This document shows positions 13,348 through 30,751 of a stretch of 64,000 bases of DNA, one piece after another. Where the stretch lies: contig OX597829.1 in assembly GCA_951406725.2 (NCBI GenBank), positions 35,774,001 to 35,838,000 of the forward strand. Direction: 5' to 3'. The DNA comes from Octopus vulgaris (taxonomy: Eukaryota). Position 1 is the stretch's first letter, and each line of letters opens with the position of its first letter. The position numbers and the translations under genes were made by a program. Below the pieces are notes generated by a model that was not told the origin of the DNA, did not search any database, and saw only the letters and a list, made by a program, of their open reading frames with translations.

Positions 13348-13387
13348 ACAGAGACTAGTTTCTAAGTCTTGCTCGTAATCAGTCTGG
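13348..13387 (-). ncRNA. Type-I hammerhead motif, inverted sister of 13601-13640 (G8 mutated)
   Basis: Reverse complement: CCAGA-CTGATTA-CGAGCAAGACTTA-GAA-ACTAGT-C-TCTGT. Confidence 0.65.
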
Positions 13388-13532
13388 AGTATCATGGCTT
13401 GCTAGCTGCAGATGCCTGTCTAGACCTTTTAAACATATATAATTCCAGTGAAATAAATCCACTGATCACAAAAAATAGATATATTAAATTTCTAAATATC
13501 TCAGAGAGACATAAGTAGTGGTGGTACGCGAT

Positions 13533-14030
<498 letters not shown>

Positions 14031-14184
14031 AGTACAAAACGGGACAAGAGCGCAAAACATCCGGACAGCTAGGTGATACAAAAAGGAACAACAAAACATT
14101 CAGACAGACGATACAAAAAACAAGGACGGGTCATTCGAAGCCCTCTATCCTCAGTCAAGCACCAGATTATCCTCGCATTGTACA

Positions 14185-14662
14185 TTGTTTTGTCTTGGTA
14201 TAAAAGATGGGCTACAGGAAATATTCTGCTCAGTACCACAGATTTGCTTGTCAGTTGTTTGACCTTAACCAGTTGACCATGTCCCTTAGCGGCTGACGAT
14301 ATGTGCATCTCTGGTCACGAGCACAAGTAGTGGGGAAGCATCATAGCCGTGTGATGAAAGGAATTCTTAGAGGTTTGGATAATTCACATCCTTAAACAAT
14401 CCTAATTCAACATCCTTAAATAATCCTTACTCAGGAACCTTTTCAGCAGGATGGGCTACTCGACCAGAAGAAAATTCTAACTGGGCCCCACCTGCTAGGT
14501 CATGTGCTGTTTAGCTTGATATGAGATCACCATGTCGCACACATATGGTTGTGATTCATGTGCCTAGTGTACCCTTATCAGACGGGTAGTCATGATGAGT
14601 ATACTGGGCTTCGTATATTGTATCCCAGTGTCACTTTGATGGCTTGCACTGCTTTCTCACTC

Positions 14663-14703
<41 letters not shown>
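14185..14703 (+). mobile_element. Non-coding retroposon-like segment ending in (TAA)n
   Basis: About 480 bp of GC-richer, ORF-less sequence terminating ...ctctcactc(AAT)n; the tail type matches the neighbouring R4/Dong copies. Family assignment is inference. Confidence 0.5.
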
Positions 14704-17155
<2,452 letters not shown>

Positions 17156-17159
17156 AGTA

Positions 17160-17164
17160 ATACT

Positions 17165-17216
<52 letters not shown>

Positions 17217-17463
17217 GCAACAACGTCAACAACAAGAACAACAAGAACAACAACAACAGCAACAACAACAACAACAGCAACAACGTCAACAACAACAACA
17301 ACAATCACAGCAGCAACACCAACTATATAACAACAACAGCAGCAGCAACAACAACAACAACAACAATAACAACAACAACAACAACAACAACGGCAACAAC
17401 AGCAACAGCAGCAACATTAATAATGACGACGACGACGACGACGACGATGACGACGACGACGAT

Positions 17464-17495
<32 letters not shown>

Positions 17496-17593
17496 CGACG
17501 ACGATGATGATGATAATGATGATGATGATAATGATGATGATGATATGATGATTATGACGATGATGATGATTTCTTCTTCTTCGTCTTCTAATA

Positions 17594-17629
<36 letters not shown>

Positions 17630-17675
17630 TATAATAATAATAATAATAATGATGATGATGATGATGATGATGATG

Positions 17676-17765
<90 letters not shown>
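17160..17765. repeat. Compound trinucleotide microsatellite (CAA/CAG, GAC, GAT, TAA)
   Basis: Directly visible. Confidence 0.95.
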
Positions 17766-17769
<4 letters not shown>

Positions 17770-18000
17770 TATTCAGACAAATACATAACAAAAACACCAG
17801 TACTTACAAACACATATAACATACAAAAAATTGCACTACTAGGCACTGCACACATCCTACGCAGAACACTTTCCATACAATAACCATCAGAGCATCACAA
17901 CAAATCACAGCACATACCTAAGGCACACAGAGCTGTGCTCGGTAGTGAAGTGAAAGCACGATATAAAAAATATACTACTGAATAATAATAATAATAATAA
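17764..18000 (+). mobile_element. Extreme 3' end of a second R4/Dong family
   Basis: KYSDKYITKTPVLTNTYNIQKIALLGTAHILRRTLSIQ*, short 3' UTR and (TAA)n tail; also preceded by (TAA)n. Confidence 0.85.
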
Positions 18001-18559
18001 TGATTAAGGAGGTAAGCACCTGCCAGTATATACAAACTGCACAATAACAAAAACTGTAAACCACAGTAAAACTTAAAAACAGAAAATAATTTTTTTTTTT
18101 TTTAATCAGAAATTCAAAAATTCAACTATGTGAACATCAGTATATATCTATATATATATTGTTTTTTTTTCTGTCAGTAATTAAAAATAGAACAAAGTGA
18201 AGTGGTTCTTTTCAAGACCAAGGTCAGCGCTCTCAGTAATCGCTAGTAGTAGTAAGCACATTTGATCTCTGCTGACTCCAAGACTATTTTGTCTCCTTAT
18301 CGCACAGGAATGCCCACTGCTGATCTTACCATTGCCGAGTATTTGATAAATAGTGACGAAGATCTGCAGCAATATATTGCGACCCATATTATTATTCATA
18401 ATTTCAAATGCTATAGGTAGAACGATGGTGGTAATGATAATCACTGTGTTTATGGAGGCGACACAATACAAGTGCGTTATTTATATATATATGTGTAAGT
18501 ACATACACGTGCACGTGTGTATACAAATAAAGATAAGAAAAGAGAGATGAAATCTCAAT

Positions 18560-19760
18560 AATAACTCTCGTGAGAACCCCACGAATAACTCAGGAAATCA
18601 TGATGCAACACAACAAGGAAATAATTAACGGCGAGAATAAAGCTATGGCCTATCATGGAGGTTTTCCGCCCGACACGTCCGAAACCGCCCGCAAAGGGAA
18701 CAGTGATCTGGCCTCGGACGGTTGTTATGTCACAACAGATCATATACACGGTGTGCGCAAAAACAGACATAAGTGGACGAAGGAAGAGTACGATACACTT
18801 ATTGAATGTCATAAAAGAGGAAAGCTAGAAAGAAGTCTCGGAGTAAACCGACGTACCTTGAAATTTTGGATGGAAAATGACATGTGTCTAATGTCAGAAA
18901 ATAAACTAATGAACCAAGTGAGATTAGGAGGAAGGGTTACTTAACTGGAATAGAAATATCTCGGATTAGTGAAAGTCTGAGAGATCCTGCGGATGAGCTA
19001 CAAAGGATGGTCGGAGTTGAAAAAAGAGAGGTAGGAGTTGAAAGCAGGGAGAAGAGTAGACAGGAGGAAGAGGGGAATAGTGATGGGGCTGTTAAGGATG
19101 AGGAACAGGAACGTTATACAGTGAACCCTGATACAGTGGTGGGTGGACATGCAGGGGAAATGAACCAACTAGATAATGATTTGCTTGAAATTCAAAGACG
19201 ACTCACCGGCTTGATGAATGCTCCAGAAGAAAGAATCCCCATGAATATGAGAAGGGTAGATAGGAGTATGATGAATAAAATAACACAAAAGATAAATACT
19301 GTCAAACCATACATCCAGGCGAAAGAAACAGAAAGCAAACAAGAAATCTTCTCCGCGCTACTTGTTGAGAAATTACAACTTAAGAGAACGAAAAATGGTG
19401 GAGCAAAAGAATCATGGTGGAAAAGACGCATTAAAAGGGATCTAATGCGGGCAAGGCAAGATCTAGGAAAAATTGAGCAATGGTTAAGAGGAAACTGGAA
19501 AATGGGGAAAAAAACCGACCGATAAAAATTAGGGAAGAAATATAAAATAAGGAAGAACGAGTTTGATTCAGCAATAGTGCAATTAAAATAGAGGATCATG
19601 GCAAAACGCCAGAAGATCAGAAGAATAAGCAGATTGTTCAAAAATAACCCGAAGCAATTCTTCCGAACGTTAGGTGACAACGGGGGAAAATGTTACTCCT
19701 GATGCAAATCAAGTCAAGGAGTTCTGGAGCGGTGCATTTTATCCACACTGCATTACGAAG

Positions 19761-19829
<69 letters not shown>

Positions 19830-19830
19830 T
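18560..19830 (+). mobile_element. 5' fragment of a third R4/Dong-like element (frameshifted)
   Basis: RHKWTKEEYDTLIECH...FW..SENKLMNQVR (N-terminal Myb-like region), SWWKRRIKRDL..ARQDL and RLFKNNPKQFFRTL; ends in (TAA)n. Confidence 0.75.
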
Positions 19831-19849
19831 GATGATGATAACTCTTTTT

Positions 19850-20270
19850 TTATTGGCCACGCGGGCCATACACAATAACAATTAGCAATAAAATATTAAA
19901 CAATAAATATTATCTTACGGGGGAGCACCACCCAGTGGTAACCAAAGAATCTGATATCCTGGACATCTCATCGCCAAGGGCACTTCAGGCAGTCACCCGT
20001 CTCTTCTTCATTCGCTTCGGTCTATAAGTGCATGTTCAGAGTAGGCCCACCCATACAGGCCATCTTCGCCACAGTCACCCACCTTTCAACAAACTGGCGT
20101 GGGTAGCACTTCTCCCTAACTTCTTCACTTTTCTCTTCAAGTGGAACTCGAAAATGTCTATGAGGGCTTGGCCGAAGAAGAAAATATTTTCTTTCAGTCC
20201 TTTCAACCGCGCCATAGCCACAAGACAGAGGAAAGCTACCTGTGTTCCTGACCAAAGAAGGAAACCATTA
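19850..20270 (-). mobile_element. 3' remnant of an L1/Tx1-like LINE
   Basis: Frameshifted FLCLVAMA..GQALIDIFEFHLKRKV../FVERWVTVAKMA..TLNMHL*, then a 3' UTR ending ..CCAATAAAAAAA. Confidence 0.55.
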
Positions 20271-20926
20271 TGTAAGGCCCAAAGGTCGCTTTCTTTTGCT
20301 TCGTGACTTTTGCGCTTACATTTTCAGAAAGTGTTTTTACACAGACCTCACACGTAAGTTTCAACATAAAATCCAGCATTCTCATGTCGTATTCGTTTTC
20401 CGTCGCCAGCGTCATCGCTGCTGTCTTCATCATCGTCGTCGTCGTCGTCATCATCATCATCATCAACATCACCATCATCGGTTTTATTAATAATAATTTT
20501 TTGTTGATACTGTAGTTGTTATTATCATCTTTAATATTCTTTATATTTATCTCGCATGATTTTTTATTGTTAGTTTTCATTCAAATTTTTTATTAGTTTT
20601 AAAGTTTATCTTTGAGTATGAGATATTGGTATCGTCATCTGCACTTATTAATTATCCTGCCTATCATACAGTACGTGTGTGGTATGTGGGGGAAGGCCGG
20701 GGGGAGATATAACAAAAACACAAAACGTAAAATAAAACAAAATAAATGATAAATATTCTGTGCCGCTTCACTCTTAACTTTTTCTCTTCGTTGACAACAG
20801 ACACATAGAGCGTGGAATGTAGGGTAGACAGTTCGCTTATATTGTTTCAGCTATTATCGTTACCATCACCGTCACTGCCATAACAATTTCCAGTACTATC
20901 ATAATCGTCAGCATCACCTTTTCCCA

Positions 20927-20966
<40 letters not shown>

Positions 20967-21426
20967 GTTTCTTCTTCTCGCCGTCGTCGTCGTCATCATC
21001 ATATTCATCATCACTATCACGGTCACTGTCATATAATAATAATAATAATAATCCTCATTAGCATCATCACAGTCATGATAAAGACGATAATCATCATCAT
21101 CATCACCTCATGATCATTATTATAGCCATGGCGATGATAATGCTAAAGCTAGTCTTAATCCTAATTATATATTCATCACCACCGCCATCGTCATCAGCAG
21201 CAACATCCTCACCACCACCACCACCACCACCACCACCATTAACATTACTATGATTATTGTTGCTGTTATTATTGGTGCTATTGTTATAGATTTATTATGT
21301 ATATTATTGTCTATTGTTATAGGTGCTCTTTGTTTTTATTACCGTTCTCATTTTTGGTTTCATTATTAACACCATTATTATTAGTATTGCTGTCATTATT
21401 ACTCTTTTCCTTATCCTTATTTTTCC

Positions 21427-21755
<329 letters not shown>

Positions 21756-22243
21756 TTATTGTTATTTTTTATTATTGTTTATTCTTCTTTTTGGTTCCGA
21801 TGTTCAATGTGCAGGTGTTACATTTCGTTTCTTTAATTATACGAGTAGCTAGAATATAATATTTACTTATCATCAGTAGCAGCCAGAACTATACGATAAG
21901 ACGTCCTCCAATTAGTTGGCGGAACAGAGACGTTATAGAAAGTAAATAAATAAATACATAAATAAATATACGAGAAAAGGCAAAATAAAGCATCGAAATG
22001 AATGAACGAATAAATGAATGATGGAAGGAGAAAAGGAAGGCACGAAGGAAGGAAAAGTCATTTGTTTTTTGTTTTTTTTTACTTCTCGGAAATGATTCTT
22101 CTTAGTGTCACACATAATTATAGAAAAGCTAATACAGCATATGTGTGTGTGTGTGTGTGCGTGTGTGTGTGTGTGTGTGCGTATGTGTGCGTGTGCATGT
22201 GTGCATGTGTGTATGCGTGTGTGTACATATGTATGTATGTTTG

Positions 22244-22276
<33 letters not shown>

Positions 22277-22387
22277 CTGCATATATATAGCTATATATAT
22301 GTATATCTTTACGTATATATGAGCGTGTATGTATGTGCGTGTGCGTGTGAGTATACATACGGATGTATGTATGTATATATACATATA

Positions 22388-22459
<72 letters not shown>

Positions 22460-22593
22460 AATATATATATGTATATGTATAGCTATATATATATATATAT
22501 ATGAGTGTGTGTGCATGTGCGCGTGTATGTCTACGCACGTATGCAGATATACATATATATGAATATGTACATATATAGCTATATATACGTACG

Positions 22594-22629
<36 letters not shown>

Positions 22630-23643
22630 TATTTATGTGTGTGTTTGTATGTCTCTATAATGTGTAGTCAGAGTACGTGTGTCTGTATACGTGTCTGTGT
22701 GCGCGTGGATGTGTATGTATTAATGTTTTTATACGAAAAGAATTTAACATTGAACTGAAGGACTACACCATAAATTTTTAGAAGGCTGTATTTTTATTAA
22801 TGTTACAAGGAAACGATTGACAGTGACTTCGTAGTTTCTGCGAATTGCTCACCTTCAACGGAATGAACTGTACTTCATTTGATTTTTCACTTCATATAAT
22901 TTTTGGCAAGTTATTCTTTTTAGGAGAGTTGCCAGTGGAACTATGTGAGTGAGGATTAGGTGTGATGTAGGTAAATTGGGGACATAGTAGGGTAGGAATA
23001 GACGCTACAAGGAAAACAGGGACGAGTCATTCGGAGTTTTCTTTCCTCAATCGAAATAAAAGAAGATGGATATAAAGCATCTGCTTGCAGGATATGGGTT
23101 GATAGGAAATATGGTGAGGAGATTTATTTTCGTTTGATAGACAAAATTTGTTTACTGTTTAGGGTTCAGTCAGACAGAAGAGTGTAATCAAATGTGTCGA
23201 ACAGGTCCTGACATATATGTATGGAAAATTGATCAATAAATAAGAACTCAGTCAAGTCATACGTTGGATGGGTACGCATAATACGTCACGATAGCCTTAA
23301 AATTGTTGGTCTTATAACTTATCTATTTCGGAGTAAGCGTAACCTATTCTACTCAGTAGGACAAAAGAAATTCTTTGACAGTTTGATCTTTAATCGTTGA
23401 ATTGTTGTGCCCGCTTATTGTAGGGCCGATCAAGATGTAAGGGGTTGGTCAGTTTCTTTTTGTTATTACACAGCCCCCAAATGTAAGATTCAAAAATTCT
23501 CTCGTCGTCTTCGTCGTCTTTCGCAAGTGTCATTGTTGTTGCTTTCATCATCTTTCTCCCGATTCTTCTTTTTATATGTGCATACAAACATGTATGAATG
23601 TGTGTGTGTGTGTGTGTGTGCGTGTGTGTGCGTGTGTGTGTGT

Positions 23644-23742
23644 AGGCACAGGCATTGCTGTGTAGTAAAAAACTTGCTTCCCATCCACATAATTCCGAGT
23701 TCAGTCCCACTACATGACATCTTGAGCAAGTGTCTTCTATTA
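23644..23742 (+). mobile_element. CORE-type SINE head, truncated
   Basis: Aligns with 11394-11495. Confidence 0.7.
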
Positions 23743-23933
23743 TAGATATTTTTGTTTTAAGGTATTCTACGATTTTTATAAGATGATTTTAAACCGTAAT
23801 TTGTTATTTCATGCAACCGGTTATTGAAAAGACCGTTAGTTGAAAGGTCGAATGAAAGAAAACCATTTTCAAATGTGTATCTTCCAAAGTAGTTGTATTT
23901 CTGCTTATAACTTTATCTTGCTCCATTCTAAAC

Positions 23934-23979
23934 AAAACTGTCCAACGAAGAGGAACGTGAAACTTTGAGTAACAGTTTT
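23934..23979 (+). ncRNA. Decayed hammerhead motif
   Basis: AAAACTGT-CCAACGA-A...GAA-ACT ttg AGT-A-ACAGTTTT: perfect 8-bp stem I and stem III, but the core and stem II are decayed. Confidence 0.5.
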
Positions 23980-24037
23980 TGTGATATTTTTGCTGCTATT
24001 TAATAAAGTGTATATATATATATTATCTTTTACTTTT

Positions 24038-24084
<47 letters not shown>

Positions 24085-24699
24085 AGGTGAATTCGTTGTT
24101 TTTTCTCTTTGCCTACGTGGATTGTTTTTGAGTATATGTTGTCTGGGAGATTTTCTTATGGCAGAGAAATAGCTAGTTTTTTGGCTGTTATTTCTAAACT
24201 TCGGTATGCAGTGAAGCAAATTTTTTGGCTGAACCCTAATTATAATTATACTCATAATTATAAAAACTATTATATATATATATAATACACACACACAACA
24301 TACACACACACACATGCACAAAAAAATTTATAGCGGCGTACGTACGCTTTCGTCTCTTATATGTAAGTATATATTTATCTAAATCTTGTACGACTCTATT
24401 CTAACTAATCTTTTATTCTTTCCTTCTTTCTATCAGCCTTTTCACACTTACTTCATTCATTCCACTCTTCGTTCTTTCGTTCCCCTATCTCGCATTTCCT
24501 TGCCTTCTCTTCATGCTCAGTTTTCCCCATCTTTTCACTTCACTGTGTCCCTGTCATGTTTTCTCGCCCCTCCTTATTTCTTCTATCCTTCTTCCTGTAC
24601 CTCTCTCTCTTCTCTCCCCATGCGACCGGTGTTCGGCAAAGTCTGACCTTTCTTTCTTGGTTCGACTGCCGTCCGTGCAACATCTATATTGTCCTTGGT

Positions 24700-25010
24700 C
24701 GAAAGACACCTGTTGTTATGTCCTGTTATGTGTATCTGTGTAACATTCTCCGTTTTTCTGTCCCTGTTTTCGTATACATTCACTGCTTTTTTTCCAAGGA
24801 ATCTAAAGCTCTTAGCTTAGTTTTTCCTTGGGTCTGGCCAGATTGGAGCAATCTCGAGTATAACCAGCCGAAACTGAGAGGATAATCTGGAAAGAAAACT
24901 CCGAATGACTCGTCCCTGTTTTCCTTGTAGCGTCTATCTGGTTGTTTTGTTGTCCCTTTTTTGTATCACCTAACTGTCTGGATGTTTTGTATTCTTGTTC
25001 CATTTTGTAA
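24700..25010 (+). repeat. Dispersed repeat; related fragments at ~14032-14180 (-), ~23000-23050 (-) and ~50200-50320 (+)
   Basis: Shared gaggataatctgg...ccgaatgac(t/c)cgtcc(c)tgttttccttgtagcgtct motif. Confidence 0.65.
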
Positions 25011-25109
25011 TTTTTATATATAAAAACTTTTAAGCGGCGTACGTACACTTTGGTCTCTCTCTCTATATATATATATAGAAGAGTATTGTAGTTCGCTCGA
25101 AGCATTGTG

Positions 25110-25829
25110 CATCACTTGTAAAATATAACGTGTCTTGAATGGCACAACAATGCAGAGTGAACTATAATAACTGTTATAATTTAATTTTCCATAGTTTGAT
25201 ATAGTAATATTTCGGAATATAAAAATTGATCGAGTCACTGCTAAAATCGGTTTTTCAACGGTTACTGAATTTTTTTTTGTTCGGGAGCACCTCCGCAGTG
25301 GCTTCACGATATACAGTATAAGGTACCCGTTGGTTTTCAATATCACTAGGTAGCGTGAGGTGTGGATCACCTTGTCCTCTGTCCTGCTGCACTTGCTCTG
25401 GATGCGTGCAAGTTCATTCCTGGCGTATCCTGTTTTGGAACCGACTGAAAGGGCTGAATTGTACATTGTAGATTCATGTTTGATAACATGCTCACGTATT
25501 ATAGAAAAAAAGAAACTGCACGTATAATTCATAACTTAAAAGCAGCGCTGCGGATGTGCCAGCGCATATGATCTTGAGACAAGGACGACCTCACGCACTT
25601 CCCATAAGGAATTCCGGAAGGAGCTTTGTGAGACCATTGCAGAGACGCTTTCGGAAAAAAAAGATTTCAGTAACCGTTCGAAAACTGATTATAGTAGTTA
25701 CTTGATCAGTTCCTAGCGCTATCTGCAGAAGGAATTTTTATATTCCGAAATAATATTATATCAGACTATGGCTAATTAAATCATAACAGTTATTATAGTC
25801 CATTCTGTATTGTTGTGCCATTCAAGACA

Positions 25830-25831
<2 letters not shown>
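25110..25831. mobile_element. Penelope-like remnant with inverted pLTR copies (25117-25227 vs 25733-25831)
   Basis: Internal minus-strand peptide GYARNELARIQSKCS..E......LVILKTNGY resembles the PLE thumb/HTH region. HHR variant at 25718-25762 has core CTGCAGA (A6C). Confidence 0.7.
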
Positions 25832-25915
<84 letters not shown>

Positions 25916-26209
25916 GTATATATATATATATCAGTATATATCTATCTATCTCTCTATCTATATGTATATATATATATACCCTAATAACATTAATGATAAT
26001 ATCGGAGCATCCGTCACATCTATCTTGGGACTGCATCGTATGTGTGGCTAGGGAATGCAAGCTCAATATAACCGAATAATTAAGGGGTCGTTTTCGCAAT
26101 CGTTTTAAATTCCATTGTTTTGTCATTTCTATAGCCTTTTCACACTGGCTTACGCAGTAAGTCAGTGAATATCAAGGGCAGATGTATCTGTGAAATTTTT
26201 AACCACTTG

Positions 26210-26240
<31 letters not shown>

Positions 26241-26949
26241 TATATATATATATATATGTATATATATCCTTTACGTTTATGGAAAACTTTTTAAATATCC
26301 ATATAAAAACTCCCATTCTACTATGCCACCAACATCTTAATGAAGCCAACTAGCGATACCAATGTTTGGGGGTTGCATCAAGCTGTGCTGATAAATATAT
26401 GATAACTATAGCAATAACAATAATCTCTGGATAGAATTTATACATAATTTAATGCATTGCTACGCGCGTTTCCACAAATTTCATGTTTCTTAAGATCACA
26501 GTCCATATTCCTGGGTTGGTTACTGTACAGTCTGTAGTATCTATGGGCATCGAGTAGTTCACGTTCATGCATGCATTTCTTCTGATGATATGGCATTAAC
26601 GAATGTTTAACTGAAGGCTATTTATCAATTTTGGCCAATGGAAATATTGATTGGGGTATGTAGGTATTTCTGTGTGCATTTGGTAGGGTGGGGTGGAAGG
26701 CGATGGAAAGAGAGGAAGGAATAGTAGTTATAAGAAGGTGAAAGTACATGTGTTGATGTTGGACTTATTTTGCTTTTTGAGTATGCAGATTTCAGGGTGG
26801 ATAGTATGATTGTTTTGTTTCATCTTATTCACAGCAGACCCCTCCTCAATGAATACAAAGTAGTCGGATCAGCAAGTACAGCCACTACATCCATCCAGTT
26901 GTTGGGTTTCTTGGTCTGAGTTGATAAATTATATTTTCTTAAAATGACC

Positions 26950-27260
26950 TTTTAATTTGGTGATACAGAATATGAAGATAGCGGTTATTTTGTTTAGTTA
27001 TTTGTATTCTTCCCTTTTTCTATGATATACTAAAGGAGGTCAGTGTTTGCTTGTTTGGAGATGTTTTTTTTTTTTCGAATTCCAGGAATGATTCCTTGCT
27101 TTTATGCTTATATTATATAATATCTTCTGAGTGTATATTAATTATGTTTTCTCGGGATGTGATGATTGCCAGTTTTTCCTCTAGACATAAATTAGACACC
27201 AGCGATATTCTGTTATATAGTGCAAAATTTTTTTATTATATACCAGCGAGACGTATGCTC
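26950..27260 (-). mobile_element. Penelope-like GIY-YIG C-terminal remnant
   Basis: LYNRISLVSNLCLEEKLAIITSRENIINIHSE matches the C.LCL.EK..I...LN.RSE end motif. Confidence 0.6.
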
Positions 27261-27286
27261 CACTCCAGTCTGTTTGAGACTCGAGA

Positions 27287-27337
<51 letters not shown>

Positions 27338-27477
27338 CATACATACATTCATTCATACACACATACATACATTCATACACACATATGTGTATGCATACAT
27401 ACATACACATATAAATACATACATACATGCGCACACATATAAACAGAAACGAGCTAAGAAGAATAACTGGAAGTATC

Positions 27478-27988
27478 CAGTGGCATGTATTTGAAAAACA
27501 TACACAAATACTGGTATGTTAAATACCTCATAAAATTCTTGATTTATTAAAATTATTCCTGTGTCTAGAGGACATATCATGATTACAACATGGCAATTGT
27601 GACCAACTCAACACTCAAGAATTCTCCATTATTGGCATACCATTCAAGAAAAAGATAGGGTTATTGCCTGGAGATAAAAGGATGGTTGCAGGCATGTATT
27701 TGTTATTCAAAAACCTTTGACAGTGCAACAATTACACTACCTTCCCTCCAGTAGCCAAAAGAATTAGACAAACACAAAACAGAGTAAAAAGCAGTACTGG
27801 CCTCGGTAATTTGCATAGTTTAAACAAAAATAAGCTGTGTTCTCTTATCTTCATCCATTTCCTTAATGGCATGCCAATTTAGCGGAAAACTTGCATCTTA
27901 AGATTACTTCCCCTTCTTAATTTGAATTGGTCATAACTGTCATTTGGTAATTTTAATAAAGTATTTAACATACTGGTATTTGTCACTG
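27478..27988. mobile_element. Possible hAT-type MITE
   Basis: CAGTG...CACTG termini and a 23-bp subterminal inverted repeat (27504-27526 vs 27961-27983). The 8-bp flanks share only the last 5 nt (GTATC). Confidence 0.4.
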
Positions 27989-28052
27989 TCTGTATCTCTT
28001 TATATGCACAGAGATACATGCATACATACATAATACATACATGGATATATAT

Positions 28053-28114
<62 letters not shown>

Positions 28115-28129
28115 GTAAATGTAATATGT

Positions 28130-29456
28130 GACAATTATTCGGTAGCCATGATAAAACTCCGAGTTTCGAATGTGGGGGTGGAAATCCATGCCGCCATCTC
28201 TTCAGTTATCCGTGGAAAAAGCATGTCCTGTTGGCTTATGCCAGCTTCATCATCACTACCGTCTGTTATAGCGATCTCTTTACTTTTAATCAGTCTCATC
28301 GGTTGAGGCAATATATTCAATATTTTTTTGATAGAGAATGTCGATCACAGACAGATGTATGCAATGTATGAAACATTGTTGGTGATCAGGTCTTATTTCT
28401 TTTCCGAATTTCACCACCATAGAAGCACCATCCGTCGTACAGCCAACAATGTGTATATCCAAATCCAATCCAAATTCACGAAGATGTCCTCTCACAAATT
28501 GCTCTGTTCTCCTGCTATTAAGGGAGCCATGGATCTCAATAAGGCCCAACGACCAATGATTGTCTTTCCCATGAACATTTATGTTCATATATCGTTTATT
28601 TTGAATTGATGTGTATTCATCCAAAGTCAATGAGTAGCGAATCCCCAGCGCTACTTCTTTTTCGAAATAATGAATAAGTTTTCTTTCTTGGTTATGTAAT
28701 AAATCATTACCATATTCCTGACTCTGTTTGCAGATGTTGGTTGTAATTTGTCATATTTGCCTCTCTGATTATGAAGATTTCTGTGTATAAAGTCGATTTT
28801 GGCAATTGAATTGAAAGAGAATCCATCCGTAGCAGCTAACTTTGAAACTTCTTCTTCCATTGATTTCTTCGTTAAAAAATGTTCTTGTCATTTTCACAGG
28901 GGGCTGGTTTGCATCTTGATTTATGTCGATTTGATGAATTTTCTTCAAGTGCAAGATCAGAGACGTAGTAGATCCTCCAGAAGACTTCATGATCTTATCA
29001 CACTTATTGCATTGAGCTTCATCTTTGTTTTCCTATCGAACAAATTCCAAACAGTTGATTTTCTTTTTATCATGCTAGGGCTAATGAAAATAATTAAGAA
29101 AAAATTTAGTTAGTGTTACTTCCTTGAAATGAATCTGGAACTGGTTATTACATATGCTCAACGAGAAAGATCACCTGACTGAAGACTAACAACATCCCCT
29201 TGACTTGCTATGAATAAACTCTGTTACCTCCAAATTCAAAGAGTCAGCCAGGGGTTAGCGAAGGAAATGACAAGGTGCTGATCTATGGTTCAAGGGGAGA
29301 GAAAGTGAGAATTGATATGTTGCGATATGCTTCGATGAAACAGACACTACTCTCAACTAAAGGAGACCGACAACAGTTCAGTTAGTTCAGTTTCAACGAT
29401 ATTTCTTCAAAAGAAAAAAATGGAGAAATGTTTTGCGAAACCGATTTCGAGGCCTA

Positions 29457-29457
<1 letters not shown>
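28130..29457 (-). mobile_element. hAT transposon remnant (BED finger plus N-terminal catalytic domain, 3' truncated)
   Basis: AQCNKCDK...GSTTSLILHLKKIH (zf-BED), TLDEYTS, GCTTDGAS and CFIHCIHL (CxxH). 5' terminus TAGGCCTCGAAATCGG near 29457; multiple frameshifts. Confidence 0.85.
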
Positions 29458-29506
<49 letters not shown>

Positions 29507-29600
29507 TTATATATGAGGATAATATCGATATTTAAGTGTCGAAATTATCAAGTGGCCAGCATGAAAGAAATACCTTACAAAGGTAAAAAAATTTTTTAAC

Positions 29601-30265
<665 letters not shown>

Positions 30266-30705
30266 CGAGAGAGAGAGAGCGAGAGGGAGAGAGAGAGGGA
30301 GAGAGAGAGGGAGAGAGTAAAGATTATTTACCAACATAATATGGCGGTCCTGGTTAGGACGAATGCTACTGTTACATAGCACCAGGAAACATCGTCTCCA
30401 GCTGGCTACCTACGCACTATCTGCGTCCTTATATTTTCGAAGAATCTAGTTTAGTGTCCCCACTCAGCTCTAAAGTAACATCTGTGTACCAATGTTTTCT
30501 GGGTTATTTTTCTTCATCATCACAGAATAAGTGCTCGGCTAGACACTAAATTCTTATTCGAAATATATATTTTTCGAAGTGACACACAGTCACTGATCTC
30601 ATAAATAGAAAAACTATTCAGTTCTATATTTAAGAGATGAGGAATTACGTACATTATTTACATTATTTACATTTGACAGATATTTGTCCTTATCTTGTTG
30701 ATGTT

Positions 30706-30751
30706 AACACAACGTTTCGGCTGATATACCCTCCAGCCTTCATCAGGTGTC
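30706..30751 (-). ncRNA. Type-I minimal hammerhead ribozyme motif, intact core, in repeat 30617-30790
   Basis: Reverse complement: GACAC-CTGATGA-A-GGCTG gagggtatat CAGCC-GAA-ACGT-T-GTGTT. Palindromic stem III ACGT. Confidence 0.8.

Noticed and set aside
20770-20830. Micro-exon after a pyrimidine tract
   Set aside because: Weak donor and too short to distinguish from chance.
21820-21880. Minus-strand CTGATGA...GAAAC
   Set aside because: Stems I and II cannot be formed. The same holds for isolated CTGATGA hits near 6788, 26582, 35540 and 48074.
22815-22870. Further HHR half-motifs (also ~26455-26495, ~55855-55905, ~56465-56490)
   Set aside because: A GAAAC-palindrome-GTH half is visible but the CUGANGA half is missing or too decayed to call.
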